64,000 bases of DNA from an uncultured delta proteobacterium (GTDB lineage: Bacteria > Desulfobacterota > Binatia > Binatales > Binataceae): the NCBI GenBank assembly GCA_963794325.1, contig CAWCDG010000002.1, forward strand, positions 544,001-608,000. The letters run 5' to 3'. A program made the translations under genes and the position numbers. This document shows, one piece after another, positions 8,666 through 19,063 of the stretch. Numbering within the stretch: the stretch's first letter is position 1; every line of letters starts with the position of its first letter. A model generated the notes under the pieces. The model searched no databases. It had not been told where the DNA came from and saw nothing but the letters and a program-made list of their open reading frames with translations.

Positions 8666-10642
8666 CTAGAAGGCGGCGTACCATGGGACTTCGTGCGGAT
8701 TCTGAACTTCCCAATTTATATTGAACGCCTGTAATAGCGTGCCGTCGGAGTGCTCAAGCGCGAGCTTGGCGTTCTCGAGATCGACCTCGGCCTGCACCTG
8801 GTTGCCCTCGGCGCTCACTTCCTCTTCCTGGAATTGGAGCAGATCGTGGGTGGTCGCCATCCCGACGCGGAATCGGATCTGCTCATCATGCAGCGACTGT
8901 CGAGCATAGAACGTCGCCGACGCGGTCGCGGAAGCGCGCTTATAGTCCGCATACAGGTTAGCGAGCGCGCTCTGCACATTGACCACCGTCTGGGAAAGCG
9001 CTGCTCGATAGAGCACGCGCTGCTGTTCGTATTGCACCCGCGCCTGCGCGAGAGCCGCGCGCGGCACCGCGTTATCCAGCGGCATCTGGAACGTCAGCAC
9101 GGCGGCGTAGTTGTAGTAGGTGAAGCCCCACAGGCGATCGAGCGCGTCGCCGTAGATTCCGCCGAACGGCAGTCTGTTGCCGGGGACGTTCGTAGGGGGC
9201 GGAGTCGGATTCGGAATAAAGCAGTTCGGGTTCGCGACGGTCTTGCTGAAGCTTGCCTGGCACGGCGTGGTTCCAGCTGTCGAAGTCAGGCCGAACTGCG
9301 CGCCGAGGTTGAGCTGCGGCAGCACCTGGTTCTCCGAGAACTTGACCTGCAACAATGCATCGCGAATCGCCTCGCGCATACTGCCGAGTGACGGTACGTA
9401 CTGGACGGCCAGCTCGAGCGCCCGCTCCTCATCGACGCCCACCTGCTCCTGCGGATTCGGCCGCGTGAGCGGCTGGATTTCCTCGGGCAGGAAGGTGCCG
9501 TACGGATTCAGCATCACGTCCTGCCGAAGCTGGGTGCGCGAATTTTTCAGGTTGGCCTCGGCGGTATAGACGTTAGCCTCCGAAGTCGCCGCCGCCGATT
9601 GCGCTTCCTGCAGATCGATCGGCGCCAGCGTGCCTACCTTAACGCTGATTGCGTTCTGCCGGACGAGGTCAAGATTGAAGCGCAGCGCGGCGCGTGCGAC
9701 CTGGAGATTTTCTTCGGACAGCACGACGTTCCAGTAATCGCCGCCGATTTTCTGCACGAAATCCTGCAGCGCCTGCCCATAATTCCATTGCGCCTGCTTC
9801 TGACCCGACTCTGCTATCCGCACGTTGATTGTCGCGAACTGCCAGCCGAAGTTCTGCAGCAATGGCTGTGAGAGCGAGAGTGCCAAGTTCGGCGCGTACG
9901 AAGGATTCACTCCTGCAAAAGTCGAATTCGAGAGCGCGCGATCGTTGTTGAACGTCACGCCCCAGGTCCCGTTGGTGACCGAGGAGACTTTGTTGAGGCC
10001 GAAGTTCCAATCGTAAAATTTCTGCACGAACGCGGTGCTGCCACCGGTCTGCAAGGCGGAAGTGACCGGCACGACGCTCTTCTCGATATCTCCCTGCGCG
10101 GTGAGATTGGGATCGAAAGTCCCGTTCGCCTCGCGCACCGTTTCCATCGAGGCGACCGGGTCAAGTTCGGAGGCCTTCAGCGACGGATTATTCTGCATCG
10201 CGATGTAGATGGCTTCCTTGAGTGTCAGACCGCGCGCGGAGGAATCTTCCGAGTGCAGGTAGCGCTCGCTGATCACGTCGTCGGGCGCGATTTGTTTGGT
10301 CAGCGACCACTGATGCGCGAAGATGCGCGGCAGATTCAACAAGTCGTCGTGATGCTCGAACTGGTTGGACGCGCTCGGCGGCACACTGGCATGCGGCGGC
10401 GTCTGCGGCCCATTCCACGGCACCGACTGCATCTGGATCGGTCCGTTGAGATCCGGCGGCGGCAATGGCGTGGTCGGCAGCGATCCCCTGACTGCGAGTG
10501 GATTCGGACTCGGATTAGCACTTGGGACCTGCGCGTGCCCCGGCGAGGCACCGATCGTGAGCACCGAAACGATCAACATTGCAAGAGAGATGAATTTACT
10601 TCTCGACATTCTAACGGACCTCCTTGTACCTGTTGCCATCAC
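8666..10642 (-). CDS. TolC-family outer membrane efflux protein
   Basis: LTLKEAIYIAMQNNP, YWNVV, VGTLAPIDL, LPQLNL, FRVGMATTHDLL; exact start uncertain. Confidence 0.85.
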   Translation of the reverse strand: MMATGTRRSVRMSRSKFISLAMLIVSVLTIGASPGHAQVPSANPSPNPLAVRGSLPTTPLPPPDLNGPIQMQSVPWNGPQTPPHASVPPSASNQFEHHDDLLNLPRIFAHQWSLTKQIAPDDVISERYLHSEDSSARGLTLKEAIYIAMQNNPSLKASELDPVASMETVREANGTFDPNLTAQGDIEKSVVPVTSALQTGGSTAFVQKFYDWNFGLNKVSSVTNGTWGVTFNNDRALSNSTFAGVNPSYAPNLALSLSQPLLQNFGWQFATINVRIAESGQKQAQWNYGQALQDFVQKIGGDYWNVVLSEENLQVARAALRFNLDLVRQNAISVKVGTLAPIDLQEAQSAAATSEANVYTAEANLKNSRTQLRQDVMLNPYGTFLPEEIQPLTRPNPQEQVGVDEERALELAVQYVPSLGSMREAIRDALLQVKFSENQVLPQLNLGAQFGLTSTAGTTPCQASFSKTVANPNCFIPNPTPPPTNVPGNRLPFGGIYGDALDRLWGFTYYNYAAVLTFQMPLDNAVPRAALAQARVQYEQQRVLYRAALSQTVVNVQSALANLYADYKRASATASATFYARQSLHDEQIRFRVGMATTHDLLQFQEEEVSAEGNQVQAEVDLENAKLALEHSDGTLLQAFNINWEVQNPHEVPWYAAF

Positions 10643-10826
10643 CGGCGATGGCCCGCCACTTTCCGCACACGCCGATTACGCGGTTGGACTCCGCAGTTGC
10701 GATCGAACTGCCGGCACCGAATCGAAGCGAAGCGCTTGCGCGGCGCCAATCAGGTCGCGATTATAGCCAAGGCGGTCAGCCTTGTCTTGCGGTATTGAGC
10801 CGAGCCGAGCCGCATCTGGAGATGGC

Positions 10827-11387
10827 ATGCGCGGATTCAGATTTCTCGTCGTAGTACTCATCCTGTCGCCGATCATTATGCTCGCGCTGGGCGAGCCGAA
10901 ACTCGCGCGGCAACCCTTCGCGCAAGTTACCGCGGCGCCCGGACCCGCGCCACTGACTGCACCGGTGGCTCCGGGTCAGCCGCAGCCATTCTCGACGATC
11001 GGAGCGCTGCCCTCTCTAGCAGCGGCACCGGGGTTCACTCCGGCGGCCGTCGCGAGCATAGCCGCGACGCCGCGCGCGTTTCGATGTACTTGCGGGGCGC
11101 CGGGAACCTGGACCGAGTGGGCCGGTATCGTGTCGTCGTCCAGCTATGTCCTCGCGAGTCAGTCCGCGCGCGGGCAGTGCGCCAACTATCTGCTGAACGC
11201 GAACGCGCCGTCGCCGTACATCAATCAAAACGGATCTACGCTGAACCAGCAAAGGCCGACGATCTACAACGGCACCGCGTTCACGCAGCGCGCGCAGGTA
11301 AACACCTCGGTGGGCCAATCCTTCCTGCAGCAACGCTCTACGACCACGTCGTTGACGAGCGAATGCTCGCGATGCGCCTGCAACTAA
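10827..11387 (+). CDS. Secreted Cys-containing hypothetical protein
   Basis: GGAG RBS, signal peptide, CTC...C...CSRCAC. Confidence 0.65.
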   Translation: MRGFRFLVVVLILSPIIMLALGEPKLARQPFAQVTAAPGPAPLTAPVAPGQPQPFSTIGALPSLAAAPGFTPAAVASIAATPRAFRCTCGAPGTWTEWAGIVSSSSYVLASQSARGQCANYLLNANAPSPYINQNGSTLNQQRPTIYNGTAFTQRAQVNTSVGQSFLQQRSTTTSLTSECSRCACN

Positions 11388-11388
11388 C

Positions 11389-12285
11389 TTAGTCGATTAA
11401 TTTTTTCAGATCTTCGGGAAGCGGCGCAGTCACCTTGGCGTGACCGACTGCCGGCGAGTCGAAAGCGATGTCGCAAAGATGCAGCCAGAAGCGTCCGTGC
11501 GCGAGCGATTCGCTCGCCGGACCGCCGTACAGAGTGTCGCCAACAATAGGCAGCCCGATGCTCGCGAGATGCACGCGGATCTGATGGCGGCTGCCGGTCT
11601 TCGGCGCAATTGATAGCAGGGTGAACGCTCCGACGCGGCGAATTGGATCGACGACAGTGCTCGCGGGACGGCCGGCGCGTTTCGGATTCGCGCTCGACGG
11701 ATCGCCGACGATCATCTTGCGCGCGTTCTTCGCATGATGCGCGATCGGCGCGTCAATCTCCGTCTTGCTTTCGAGCACGCCGGCGACCAGCGCCTCATAG
11801 CGGCGCGCGATTTTTCCCGCACGAATTGCATCGCGCAGTTTGTCGAACGTGCCGCGATTGCGCGCAATCAGCAGCGCGCCCGAAGTGCCGTTGTCCAGCC
11901 GATGCACCAATCCGCCTTCGAGCGGCTTCTCGCCAACCGTCGCAATTTCGGGAAACCGCGCGACGACCGCATTCATGACGGTGTCGCGCTCGTCAGCATT
12001 CAGCGGATGGCACGGCATGCCGCCGGCTTTATTCACGACGATCACGCTCGCATCTTCATGGACAACTTCGAGCGGTAGATCGGCGTTAGGCTCGATCACG
12101 GCGCGTCGATTGGTCGAAGCAACTTCGATGCGATCGTCGGCGCCGACGATTTCACTCTTCTTCGAGCGCCGCCCGTTGATCCGCACCAACCCGCGCTCGA
12201 CCAGCTCTTGCGCAACCCGCCGCGACGACGCGAACCCAGTGCGCACCAGGTAATGATCGAGCCGTTCTTTTGCTATGTCGGGCAA
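11389..12285 (-). CDS. RluA/RluD-family pseudouridine synthase with S4 domain
   Basis: RLDHYL, NKAGGMPCHP, VHRLDNGTSG, HQIRVHL, PIVGDTLYG. Confidence 0.92.
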   Translation of the reverse strand: MPDIAKERLDHYLVRTGFASSRRVAQELVERGLVRINGRRSKKSEIVGADDRIEVASTNRRAVIEPNADLPLEVVHEDASVIVVNKAGGMPCHPLNADERDTVMNAVVARFPEIATVGEKPLEGGLVHRLDNGTSGALLIARNRGTFDKLRDAIRAGKIARRYEALVAGVLESKTEIDAPIAHHAKNARKMIVGDPSSANPKRAGRPASTVVDPIRRVGAFTLLSIAPKTGSRHQIRVHLASIGLPIVGDTLYGGPASESLAHGRFWLHLCDIAFDSPAVGHAKVTAPLPEDLKKLID

Positions 12286-12290
12286 ACTAC

Positions 12291-12458
12291 TTAGTGGCTC
12301 GCGGCGGCGCTTGTGGGAGTTGCTGCTGGCGGACGGTTGTACACCGAAAATTGTATGGTCGCAGCGTAGAGCAGAATGCCGAGCAGGATTGCTACGGTGA
12401 GAATATCCACGAAGCCGAGTTGGGTTGCGCCGCGCGCATGACGATTGAATCGCCGCAT
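12291..12458 (-). CDS. Small single-TM protein (55 aa)
   Basis: AAGGAG RBS; MRRFNRHARGATQLGFVDILTVAILLGILLYAATIQF...; fills the uvrA-rlu gap. Confidence 0.6.
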   Translation of the reverse strand: MRRFNRHARGATQLGFVDILTVAILLGILLYAATIQFSVYNRPPAATPTSAAASH

Positions 12459-12481
12459 TCGTTCTCCTTACCGATGCACCA

Positions 12482-15421
12482 CTATACTCCCGCCGCTGTG
12501 CGCAATGCCGAACGGACTTGACGGCCTCGCTCAGGCAATCCGAACAATCGCCGCAACTCGCGACCGGTCTCCGATTTCTCGCACGCCGCGATATCGAGCG
12601 GGGAACCAGTCGCGACGACGCGCCCGCCGTCGCCGCCGCCGCCGGGTCCGAGATCGATCACATAGTCGGCGTTCGCGATGAACTCGAGGTTGTGCTCGAT
12701 CACCACCAGCGTGTTGCCTTCGGTGACCAGCCGATTGAGCACTTTGATCAGGCGCTTGATGTCGGTCGAGCTGAGCCCGGTGGTCGGCTCGTCGAGGATG
12801 AACATCCGCGGCAAGTGCTTCCCGTCCTCGCCCGCAGGAGCCGGTTCGAGGTCGGCCAGCAGGAAGCGCGCGAGCTTGAGCCGCTGCGCCTCGCCGCCGG
12901 ACAGCGTCGAGGTGGTCTGGCCGAGCCGGATGTACCCGAGGCCGACCGCGATTAGCGCGTCGAGCCGCTTGACGATCGCCGGGTGATGGATGAAAAACGC
13001 GCGCGCGTCTTCGACAGTCAGATCGAGCACCTGGTTGATGCTGTAGTTGCGCAGCTTGATCGCGAGAATATGGCTCTGGAAGCGGCGGCCGTCGCACGCG
13101 TCGCATTTCACTTCGAGGTCCGCCATGAAATGCATCTCGATCGTGACGGTGCCCGTGCCGCTGCATTTTTCGCATCGCCCGCCGGTGACGTTGAACGAAA
13201 AATGCCGCGCTTGCACGCCCAGCCGGCGCGCCTCGGGACTGGCGGCGAACAGCTTGCGGATGTCGTCGTAGATTTTCAGATAGGTCGCGGGATTCGATCG
13301 CATCGATCGCGTCGGCAATTCCTGCCCCATATGCACCATCTCGCCGATCAGCTCGAGGCCGTCGATACGCTCACATTCACCAGCCTCTGCCGACGTATTG
13401 CCGGAGTGGCGCAAATAATTGTTGTAGAGAACGTCCTCGACCAGCGTCGATTTTCCTGATCCGGAAACGCCTGTCACGCAAATCATCCGGCCGGCCGGGA
13501 GCGCGACGTCTATACCGGCAAGATTGTGCTCGCGCGCTCCGACGATTCGAATCGCGGGATCGCGCTTTGAAAATTTGCGCTGCTTGGCCAGCGCGCGCAT
13601 CAGCAGCACGCGCCCCGGCGACGACGCCATGCTGTCGAGCGTCGCCTTGGCCGGCACTCCCGAATACGTGAGCTCGCCGCCTTCGCTGCCACCGCCGGGG
13701 CCAAGCTCGACGACGTGATCTGCGCCCGCGATCATCGCAGGATCGTGCTCGACGACGACGACGGTGTTGCCGAAGTCGCGCAGGCTGTACAGCACCGCGA
13801 GCAGCCGCCGCGCGTCTGCCGCATGAAGGCCGACGGTAGGCTCGTCGAGCGCGTAGAGCGTCCCGACCAGCACGCTGCCGAGTGCGCTCGCGAGATGTAT
13901 CCGCTGCGCCTCGCCGCCCGACAGCGTGCGCGCCTGCCGCTCGACCGTCAGGTAGCCGAGCCCGACTTCGAGCAGGTAGTTGACGCGATTGCGCAGCTCG
14001 CGCATCACGACCGCGGCGCGCGTCGCGACTTCAGGTATCGTTCCGATTTTGTCGAGCCATTCGACGAGGTCGCGAATCGAGAGCCGCCCGGCGTCGGCGA
14101 TCGATTTGCCGTCCACCAGCACGTTCAGCGCCTCGGCCTTGAGCTTGGCGCCGCCGCATGCGGGGCAGGTGACGAAGCGCCGATACTTCGCGAGCAGAAT
14201 CCGCACGTGAGTCTTGTAGCGGCGTCCTTCGAGCCACTTGAAGAAGCCGTGCACGCCCGGCCACTTGTCTTCGTCCCACTTCGCACGAGGACCTTCATCG
14301 CCGTCGAGCAGCCACGTGCGCTCCTCGTCGGTCATCTCGCGGAACGGCGCCGACGTGCGAATTTTTCTGCGGCGCGCCAGCTTGAGCATCCAGTCGTTCA
14401 TCTCGCGATACGCCGGCGTGCGCCACGGCGCGACCAGCCCGTTGCGCATCGAGCGACTGTGATCCGGAAGCACCTTGTCGAGATCGAGTTCGACGGTGCG
14501 GCCGAAGCCTTCGCATTCGGGACACGCTCCGATTGGGCTATTCGACGAAAACAGCGCCGTGGTCGGCTCGGCGAACGCCGTCGCGCATCGCGAGCAATTG
14601 AAGCGCCGATCGAAATCGATCGCGTCGATGCTATGCGTATTGCCGTTATCCCGCTCGACGCGTACCGCCCGCGCACGTCCACTGCCTAGATAGAAGGCTT
14701 TCTCTAGCGCCTCGCGCACGCGCTCGATCTCGCCCTCACCATTCACCGAAATACGATCGACGACGACCATCATCGTGTTGTCGATCGGCGGCTGCGGCGT
14801 CGGCGCAGTACCGTTCAGCGCCTCAGCCGCGATTGCGCGCGCCGCAAACTCCGCCGTCTCGGTGATCGCGTCGTTAGCGTACAGTCGATGGTACCCGTTC
14901 TGAATCAGATAGCCGGCCGCGTCGGGAATCGATCGCGATCCCGCCTCGAACGGCGCCAGGATGACGTACAGCCCCACTGTCTCGAGGATTCGCGCGCCCG
15001 CACTCTCGACACTGTCGCGGCTAACCTCGCCGCCACATTTCGGACAAATGGTATGCCCGACCGTCGCGAACAGCAGACGCAGGTAGTCGCTGATTTCCGT
15101 GACGGTGCCGACCGTCGAGCGCGCATTCTTGATCGTGTTTTTCTGGCGCAGCGCAAGCGCCGGCGGAATCTCCGAGATCGCATCGACATCCGGCCGTTCC
15201 ATCCGCTCGAGGAACAAGCGCGCGTAGGTCGACAGACTCTGCACGTAGCGCCGCTGCCCCTCGGCATAAACGGTATCGAAGACCAGGCTCGATTTGCCCG
15301 AGCCCGAGACTCCGGTGACGACGGTCAGCTTCTCGCGGGGAATTTCGAGCGAGATATTGGCCAGGTTGTGAGTGCGCGCGCCCCGGATACTGATTGAGCG
15401 ATCCAAGCTTCTCCCAGCCAC
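12482..15421 (-). CDS. uvrA: Excinuclease ABC subunit A (divergent)
   Basis: Two GVSGSGKS Walker A motifs, GARTHNL/GAREHNL, two LSGGEAQR, Zn fingers. Confidence 0.93.
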   Translation of the reverse strand: MAGRSLDRSISIRGARTHNLANISLEIPREKLTVVTGVSGSGKSSLVFDTVYAEGQRRYVQSLSTYARLFLERMERPDVDAISEIPPALALRQKNTIKNARSTVGTVTEISDYLRLLFATVGHTICPKCGGEVSRDSVESAGARILETVGLYVILAPFEAGSRSIPDAAGYLIQNGYHRLYANDAITETAEFAARAIAAEALNGTAPTPQPPIDNTMMVVVDRISVNGEGEIERVREALEKAFYLGSGRARAVRVERDNGNTHSIDAIDFDRRFNCSRCATAFAEPTTALFSSNSPIGACPECEGFGRTVELDLDKVLPDHSRSMRNGLVAPWRTPAYREMNDWMLKLARRRKIRTSAPFREMTDEERTWLLDGDEGPRAKWDEDKWPGVHGFFKWLEGRRYKTHVRILLAKYRRFVTCPACGGAKLKAEALNVLVDGKSIADAGRLSIRDLVEWLDKIGTIPEVATRAAVVMRELRNRVNYLLEVGLGYLTVERQARTLSGGEAQRIHLASALGSVLVGTLYALDEPTVGLHAADARRLLAVLYSLRDFGNTVVVVEHDPAMIAGADHVVELGPGGGSEGGELTYSGVPAKATLDSMASSPGRVLLMRALAKQRKFSKRDPAIRIVGAREHNLAGIDVALPAGRMICVTGVSGSGKSTLVEDVLYNNYLRHSGNTSAEAGECERIDGLELIGEMVHMGQELPTRSMRSNPATYLKIYDDIRKLFAASPEARRLGVQARHFSFNVTGGRCEKCSGTGTVTIEMHFMADLEVKCDACDGRRFQSHILAIKLRNYSINQVLDLTVEDARAFFIHHPAIVKRLDALIAVGLGYIRLGQTTSTLSGGEAQRLKLARFLLADLEPAPAGEDGKHLPRMFILDEPTTGLSSTDIKRLIKVLNRLVTEGNTLVVIEHNLEFIANADYVIDLGPGGGGDGGRVVATGSPLDIAACEKSETGRELRRLFGLPERGRQVRSALRTAAGV

Positions 15422-15643
15422 TTACCGAGGGTCTGCGATGGGTCGCGCTTTCTTTTTGCGCTCGCCCGGATATTCGTCGGCGACTTTTGCGTATAACTCG
15501 GCGAGCTGGACGTCGAATTTCGCCTGGAGGCGGCGGGTTTCGGCCTCGCGTTCGGCGACCGGCATCGGAGCGATCCGGGCCAGTTCCTCTTCGAGCCGCT
15601 GCATCAGGCGATTTCGCGCCACCAGGTATTCGTAGCCATTCAT
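15422..15643 (-). CDS. Small helical hypothetical protein
   Basis: 73 aa, charged and helical; stop abuts the uvrA start. Confidence 0.7.
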   Translation of the reverse strand: MNGYEYLVARNRLMQRLEEELARIAPMPVAEREAETRRLQAKFDVQLAELYAKVADEYPGERKKKARPIADPR

Positions 15644-15726
15644 AGGCGCTAAAACCTCAAATTCCAAAGATCAGAATTATAGGTTATCCTGCGACGAGCG
15701 AATAGCCCGCGACCTCGTCGAGCACC

Positions 15727-16524
15727 TTGCCTGTGGAAACTCATACTGAATCGTCACGCAAATCCGCCAACCTGGAAATCGTGCGCGCGTGGCCCGATAC
15801 TGCGATCTGCCACGGATTCATCGGGCGCGCGGGTGGCGTCAGCAAGGGCGCGTTCGCGTCGATGAATCTTTCTTATTGGGTCGGCGACGACGAGCGCGCG
15901 GTCGATACCAACTGGAAGCGTCTCCGTCGCGAGGTGCCGGAGCTCGAAATGGTCGCGCGGCTGAACCAGGTCCATGGCAACGTCGTTCACGCCGCGACTC
16001 GCGACACTGAGGGGTTGCGGCCGGCGGGCGACGGGATCGTCACTGCCGAGCCCGGCGTGATGCTGGGGATATTCACCGCCGACTGCGTGCCGATCCTGAT
16101 GGTCGATTCGAAACACAAAATAGCCGGCGCATTGCACGCGGGATGGCGCGGCGTTATCTCGGATATCGCCGATGCGGGCATGCGCGCGATGGTCCATCTC
16201 GGCGCCGTCGCGTCCGACATTAGCGCTGCGATGGGGCCATCGATTGGCCAGTGCTGTTTCGAAGTGGACGCCGATCTTGGCGATCGCTTTGGCCGTGAGA
16301 TCGCCGGCGCATCAAATCACACGAGGGCAGGGCGTCCGGGCAAGGCCTTCATCGATTTGCGCGGCGTCGTGAGCGACCAGCTCGAACGCGCAGGACTCGC
16401 GCCCACAAACATCACAAGTGTTGGCCCATGCACTCGATGCTCATCTGATCGTTTCTTCTCGCGTCGTGCGGCCGGCGGAACAGTCACCGGCCTTCAGATG
16501 AGCTTCGTCGGCTTTGCCGCGTAG
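15727..16524 (+). CDS. pgeF: PgeF/YfiH laccase-domain protein
   Basis: GGVS, QVHG, TADCVPIL, HAGWRG, GPSIGQCCFEV, FFSRR. Confidence 0.92.
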   Translation: MPVETHTESSRKSANLEIVRAWPDTAICHGFIGRAGGVSKGAFASMNLSYWVGDDERAVDTNWKRLRREVPELEMVARLNQVHGNVVHAATRDTEGLRPAGDGIVTAEPGVMLGIFTADCVPILMVDSKHKIAGALHAGWRGVISDIADAGMRAMVHLGAVASDISAAMGPSIGQCCFEVDADLGDRFGREIAGASNHTRAGRPGKAFIDLRGVVSDQLERAGLAPTNITSVGPCTRCSSDRFFSRRAAGGTVTGLQMSFVGFAA

Positions 16525-16528
16525 CAAC

Positions 16529-16687
16529 ATGCCTCAACGCAAGCCAAAGAAACTTCGCCCGGGCGATTTGATCGCGAAAATTCGCAAGCCGATGGCGCCG
16601 CCGTCGAAAACCATTGAGGATCCGACCAAGTACAAGCGCGAGCGCGAGCTGGAAAGACTCCGCCGCGAGCGAGATTTGAATGAGTAA
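16529..16687 (+). CDS. Small basic protein (52 aa)
   Basis: MPQRKPKKLRPGDLIAKIRKPMAPPSKTIEDPTKYKRERELERLRRERDLNE; starts 4 nt after the pgeF stop. Confidence 0.55.
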   Translation: MPQRKPKKLRPGDLIAKIRKPMAPPSKTIEDPTKYKRERELERLRRERDLNE

Positions 16688-16741
16688 CGTGCGCGTTGGG
16701 ACGGAGGCAGAATCTTGAATCGCGCAGGGCGCTGTATTCGG

Positions 16742-16778
16742 ACCCTCACCTTAATCCTCTCCCTTACAGGGAGAGGAG
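16742..16778. repeat. REP-like hairpin, reverse-orientation relative of the CCCCTTCCC/GGGAAGGGG family
   Basis: ACCCTCACCTTAATCCTCTCCC-TTACA-GGGAGAGGA. Confidence 0.6.
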
Positions 16779-16788
16779 ACAGACACTG

Positions 16789-17889
16789 ATGCCGACTCCT
16801 ATCACTGGACAGATTCGCGTCGGGATCATCGGCGCCGGCCTCATCGGCCAGTTGCATTCGATGATGCTCCGATACGTCGCCGATCGCACCGAGCAAAGCG
16901 TGCGCGTGGTCTCCGTCGCCGACCTGTCGCATGCAGCGGCTGAGAGTCTGGCCGCGAGATGGCAGGGCGCCCGCGCGTTCGAGTCGGCTGAGGAGATAAT
17001 CGCCGATCCGTCGATCGACGCGGTATGGATCTGCACGCCGACTTCGATGCATCGCAAGGTCTGCATTGCCGCCGCTGAAGCGGGCAAGCATATCTTCTGC
17101 GAGAAGCCGCTCGCGATGACCGCGGCGGAAGCATCCGCGATGGCGGCTGCTATCAAAGCGTCTGGCGTGATTAGCCAGGTCGGACTCGTGCTGCGATTTT
17201 CGCCGGTGTACAACGTGATCAAGACGATGTTCGAAGCGCCGGATGTCGGCGGATTGCTCAGCGTCACGATGCGCGACGATCAGGATTTTCCGACGCGCGG
17301 TGCGCATGCGAGCGCATGGCGTAACGATCCGTCGCTGACCGCGGGCGGCACTCTTATCGAGCACAGCGTCCACGACTTCGATCTGCTGACGTGGATGTTC
17401 GGTCCCGTCACCAGCCTCTATTGCCGCACCCGCAACCTGAACGGCGCCGACGGCGTCGAAGACTTCGGCGCGACCTCGATGGAATTTGCCGGCGGCTGGC
17501 ACGGACAGCTCACTTCGATCTGGCATCGGATGATTGCGCGCGCCAGCAATCGACGACTTGAAGTGTTCGCCGAGAACTTGTTTGTTGGCTGCGACGCCGA
17601 TACGCTCGGTCCGATCGTTTTTCAGCGCGGATCCGGCGCCCAGGAAGAGACGATCACTGCCGACGAAGTGATGGCGAGATTCACCGACCAAATATTGCGC
17701 GAGCGGCCGTACCTCGCGCCGATTAAGGATCGCCTGATGATCCCGTACGCCGCCGAGGATGCGACATTTGTCGCCGCGCTCAAGGGCGCGTGTGAGCCCG
17801 ATCCCGAATTTGCCGCCGGGGTATCGGCGCAGCGCATGGTCGAAGCGGCCTATGAATCCGCGCGCACCGGCGCTACGGTGAAACTCTAA
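16789..17889 (+). CDS. Gfo/Idh/MocA oxidoreductase
   Basis: GIIGAGLIG, CTPT, HIFCEKPLA, GGTLIEHSVHDFD. Confidence 0.92.
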   Translation: MPTPITGQIRVGIIGAGLIGQLHSMMLRYVADRTEQSVRVVSVADLSHAAAESLAARWQGARAFESAEEIIADPSIDAVWICTPTSMHRKVCIAAAEAGKHIFCEKPLAMTAAEASAMAAAIKASGVISQVGLVLRFSPVYNVIKTMFEAPDVGGLLSVTMRDDQDFPTRGAHASAWRNDPSLTAGGTLIEHSVHDFDLLTWMFGPVTSLYCRTRNLNGADGVEDFGATSMEFAGGWHGQLTSIWHRMIARASNRRLEVFAENLFVGCDADTLGPIVFQRGSGAQEETITADEVMARFTDQILRERPYLAPIKDRLMIPYAAEDATFVAALKGACEPDPEFAAGVSAQRMVEAAYESARTGATVKL

Positions 17890-17931
17890 ACTTAAAGCGT
17901 TACTTTAATCCAAAGGGATGCCTCCTCACTT

Positions 17932-19041
17932 ATGATCGATTTTGAACTCAGCGAAGAACAACAGATGATCCGCGACAGCGTCGGTGCATTCGCGCGCGAG
18001 GAGATTCGTCCCGCGGCGCGGCCCGCCGACGAAAGCGGTACGATTCCCGCCGCACTGGTCACCAAGGCGTGGCAATTCGGATTCGTCAGCGGCAGTATCC
18101 CCGAGAAGTTCGGCGGCGGTGGCGATGCGCGCTCGGCAGTGACCGGCGCAATCGTCGCGGAGGAGCTCGGCTTCGGCGACATCTCGATCGGACTGCACAT
18201 CCTCGCGCCGCGCCTGTTCGCATTTCCGATCGTCGAAATGGGTACCGACGACCAACGCGCCAAGTACTTGAAAAAATTCGCCGGCGCGGACTTCGCCGCA
18301 GCAACCGCGGCCGTGATGGAGCCGCGCTTCGATTTCGACTTGTCGGCGCAGCAGATGACGGCCAAACGCGACGGTGCTGGATACGTCCTGAATGGCGGCA
18401 AGTGCTACGTGCCGCTCGCAGCCGAATCCGATTCGATTCTGATCTATGCGACGACCGACGCGTCGAAGGGTTATGCAGGCGTCGACGGTTTCATCGTTCA
18501 GCGCAATTCGGCAGGGGTCACGATTTCCGAACGCGAGAAGAACATGGGGCTCAAGCCGCTCGCGACTTATGAACTCACGCTGAAAGATTGCCGCGTCGGC
18601 GCCGACGCGCGACTGGGCGGCGACAAGGGTATCGACTTTTCGCGTTTGATGAGCGAGTCGCGAGTAGCGTTTGCCGCGATGGGCGTTGGCGTGATGAATG
18701 GCGCGTTCGAATACGCCCGCGATTACGCCAAGGAACGCAAGGCGTTCGGGGTGCCAATCGCGACCAAGCAGGCGATCGCGTTTATCCTCGCCGACATGGC
18801 GATTGAAATCGACGCGGCGCGCCTGCTGGTGTGGGAAGCGGCGTACGAACTCGACAAGGGCCGGGACGCGCTGAAGGCAAGTTACCTCGCGAAAAATTAC
18901 GTCGCTCAGAGCGCGCTCAAAGTGACTGACAACGGCGTGCAGGTGCTCGGCGGCCACGGTTACATCCGCGAGCATCCGGTCGAGATGTGGCTGCGCAACG
19001 CGCGTGGGTTTTCCGCAATCGAAGGAATCGCAACGGTCTGA
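17932..19041 (+). CDS. Acyl-CoA dehydrogenase (FadE24-like)
   Basis: LNGGK, R.AFGVPIATKQAI, VQVLGGHGYIREHPVE. Confidence 0.9.
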   Translation: MIDFELSEEQQMIRDSVGAFAREEIRPAARPADESGTIPAALVTKAWQFGFVSGSIPEKFGGGGDARSAVTGAIVAEELGFGDISIGLHILAPRLFAFPIVEMGTDDQRAKYLKKFAGADFAAATAAVMEPRFDFDLSAQQMTAKRDGAGYVLNGGKCYVPLAAESDSILIYATTDASKGYAGVDGFIVQRNSAGVTISEREKNMGLKPLATYELTLKDCRVGADARLGGDKGIDFSRLMSESRVAFAAMGVGVMNGAFEYARDYAKERKAFGVPIATKQAIAFILADMAIEIDAARLLVWEAAYELDKGRDALKASYLAKNYVAQSALKVTDNGVQVLGGHGYIREHPVEMWLRNARGFSAIEGIATV

Positions 19042-19063
19042 CGGGCCGCGACGGAGATAAATC

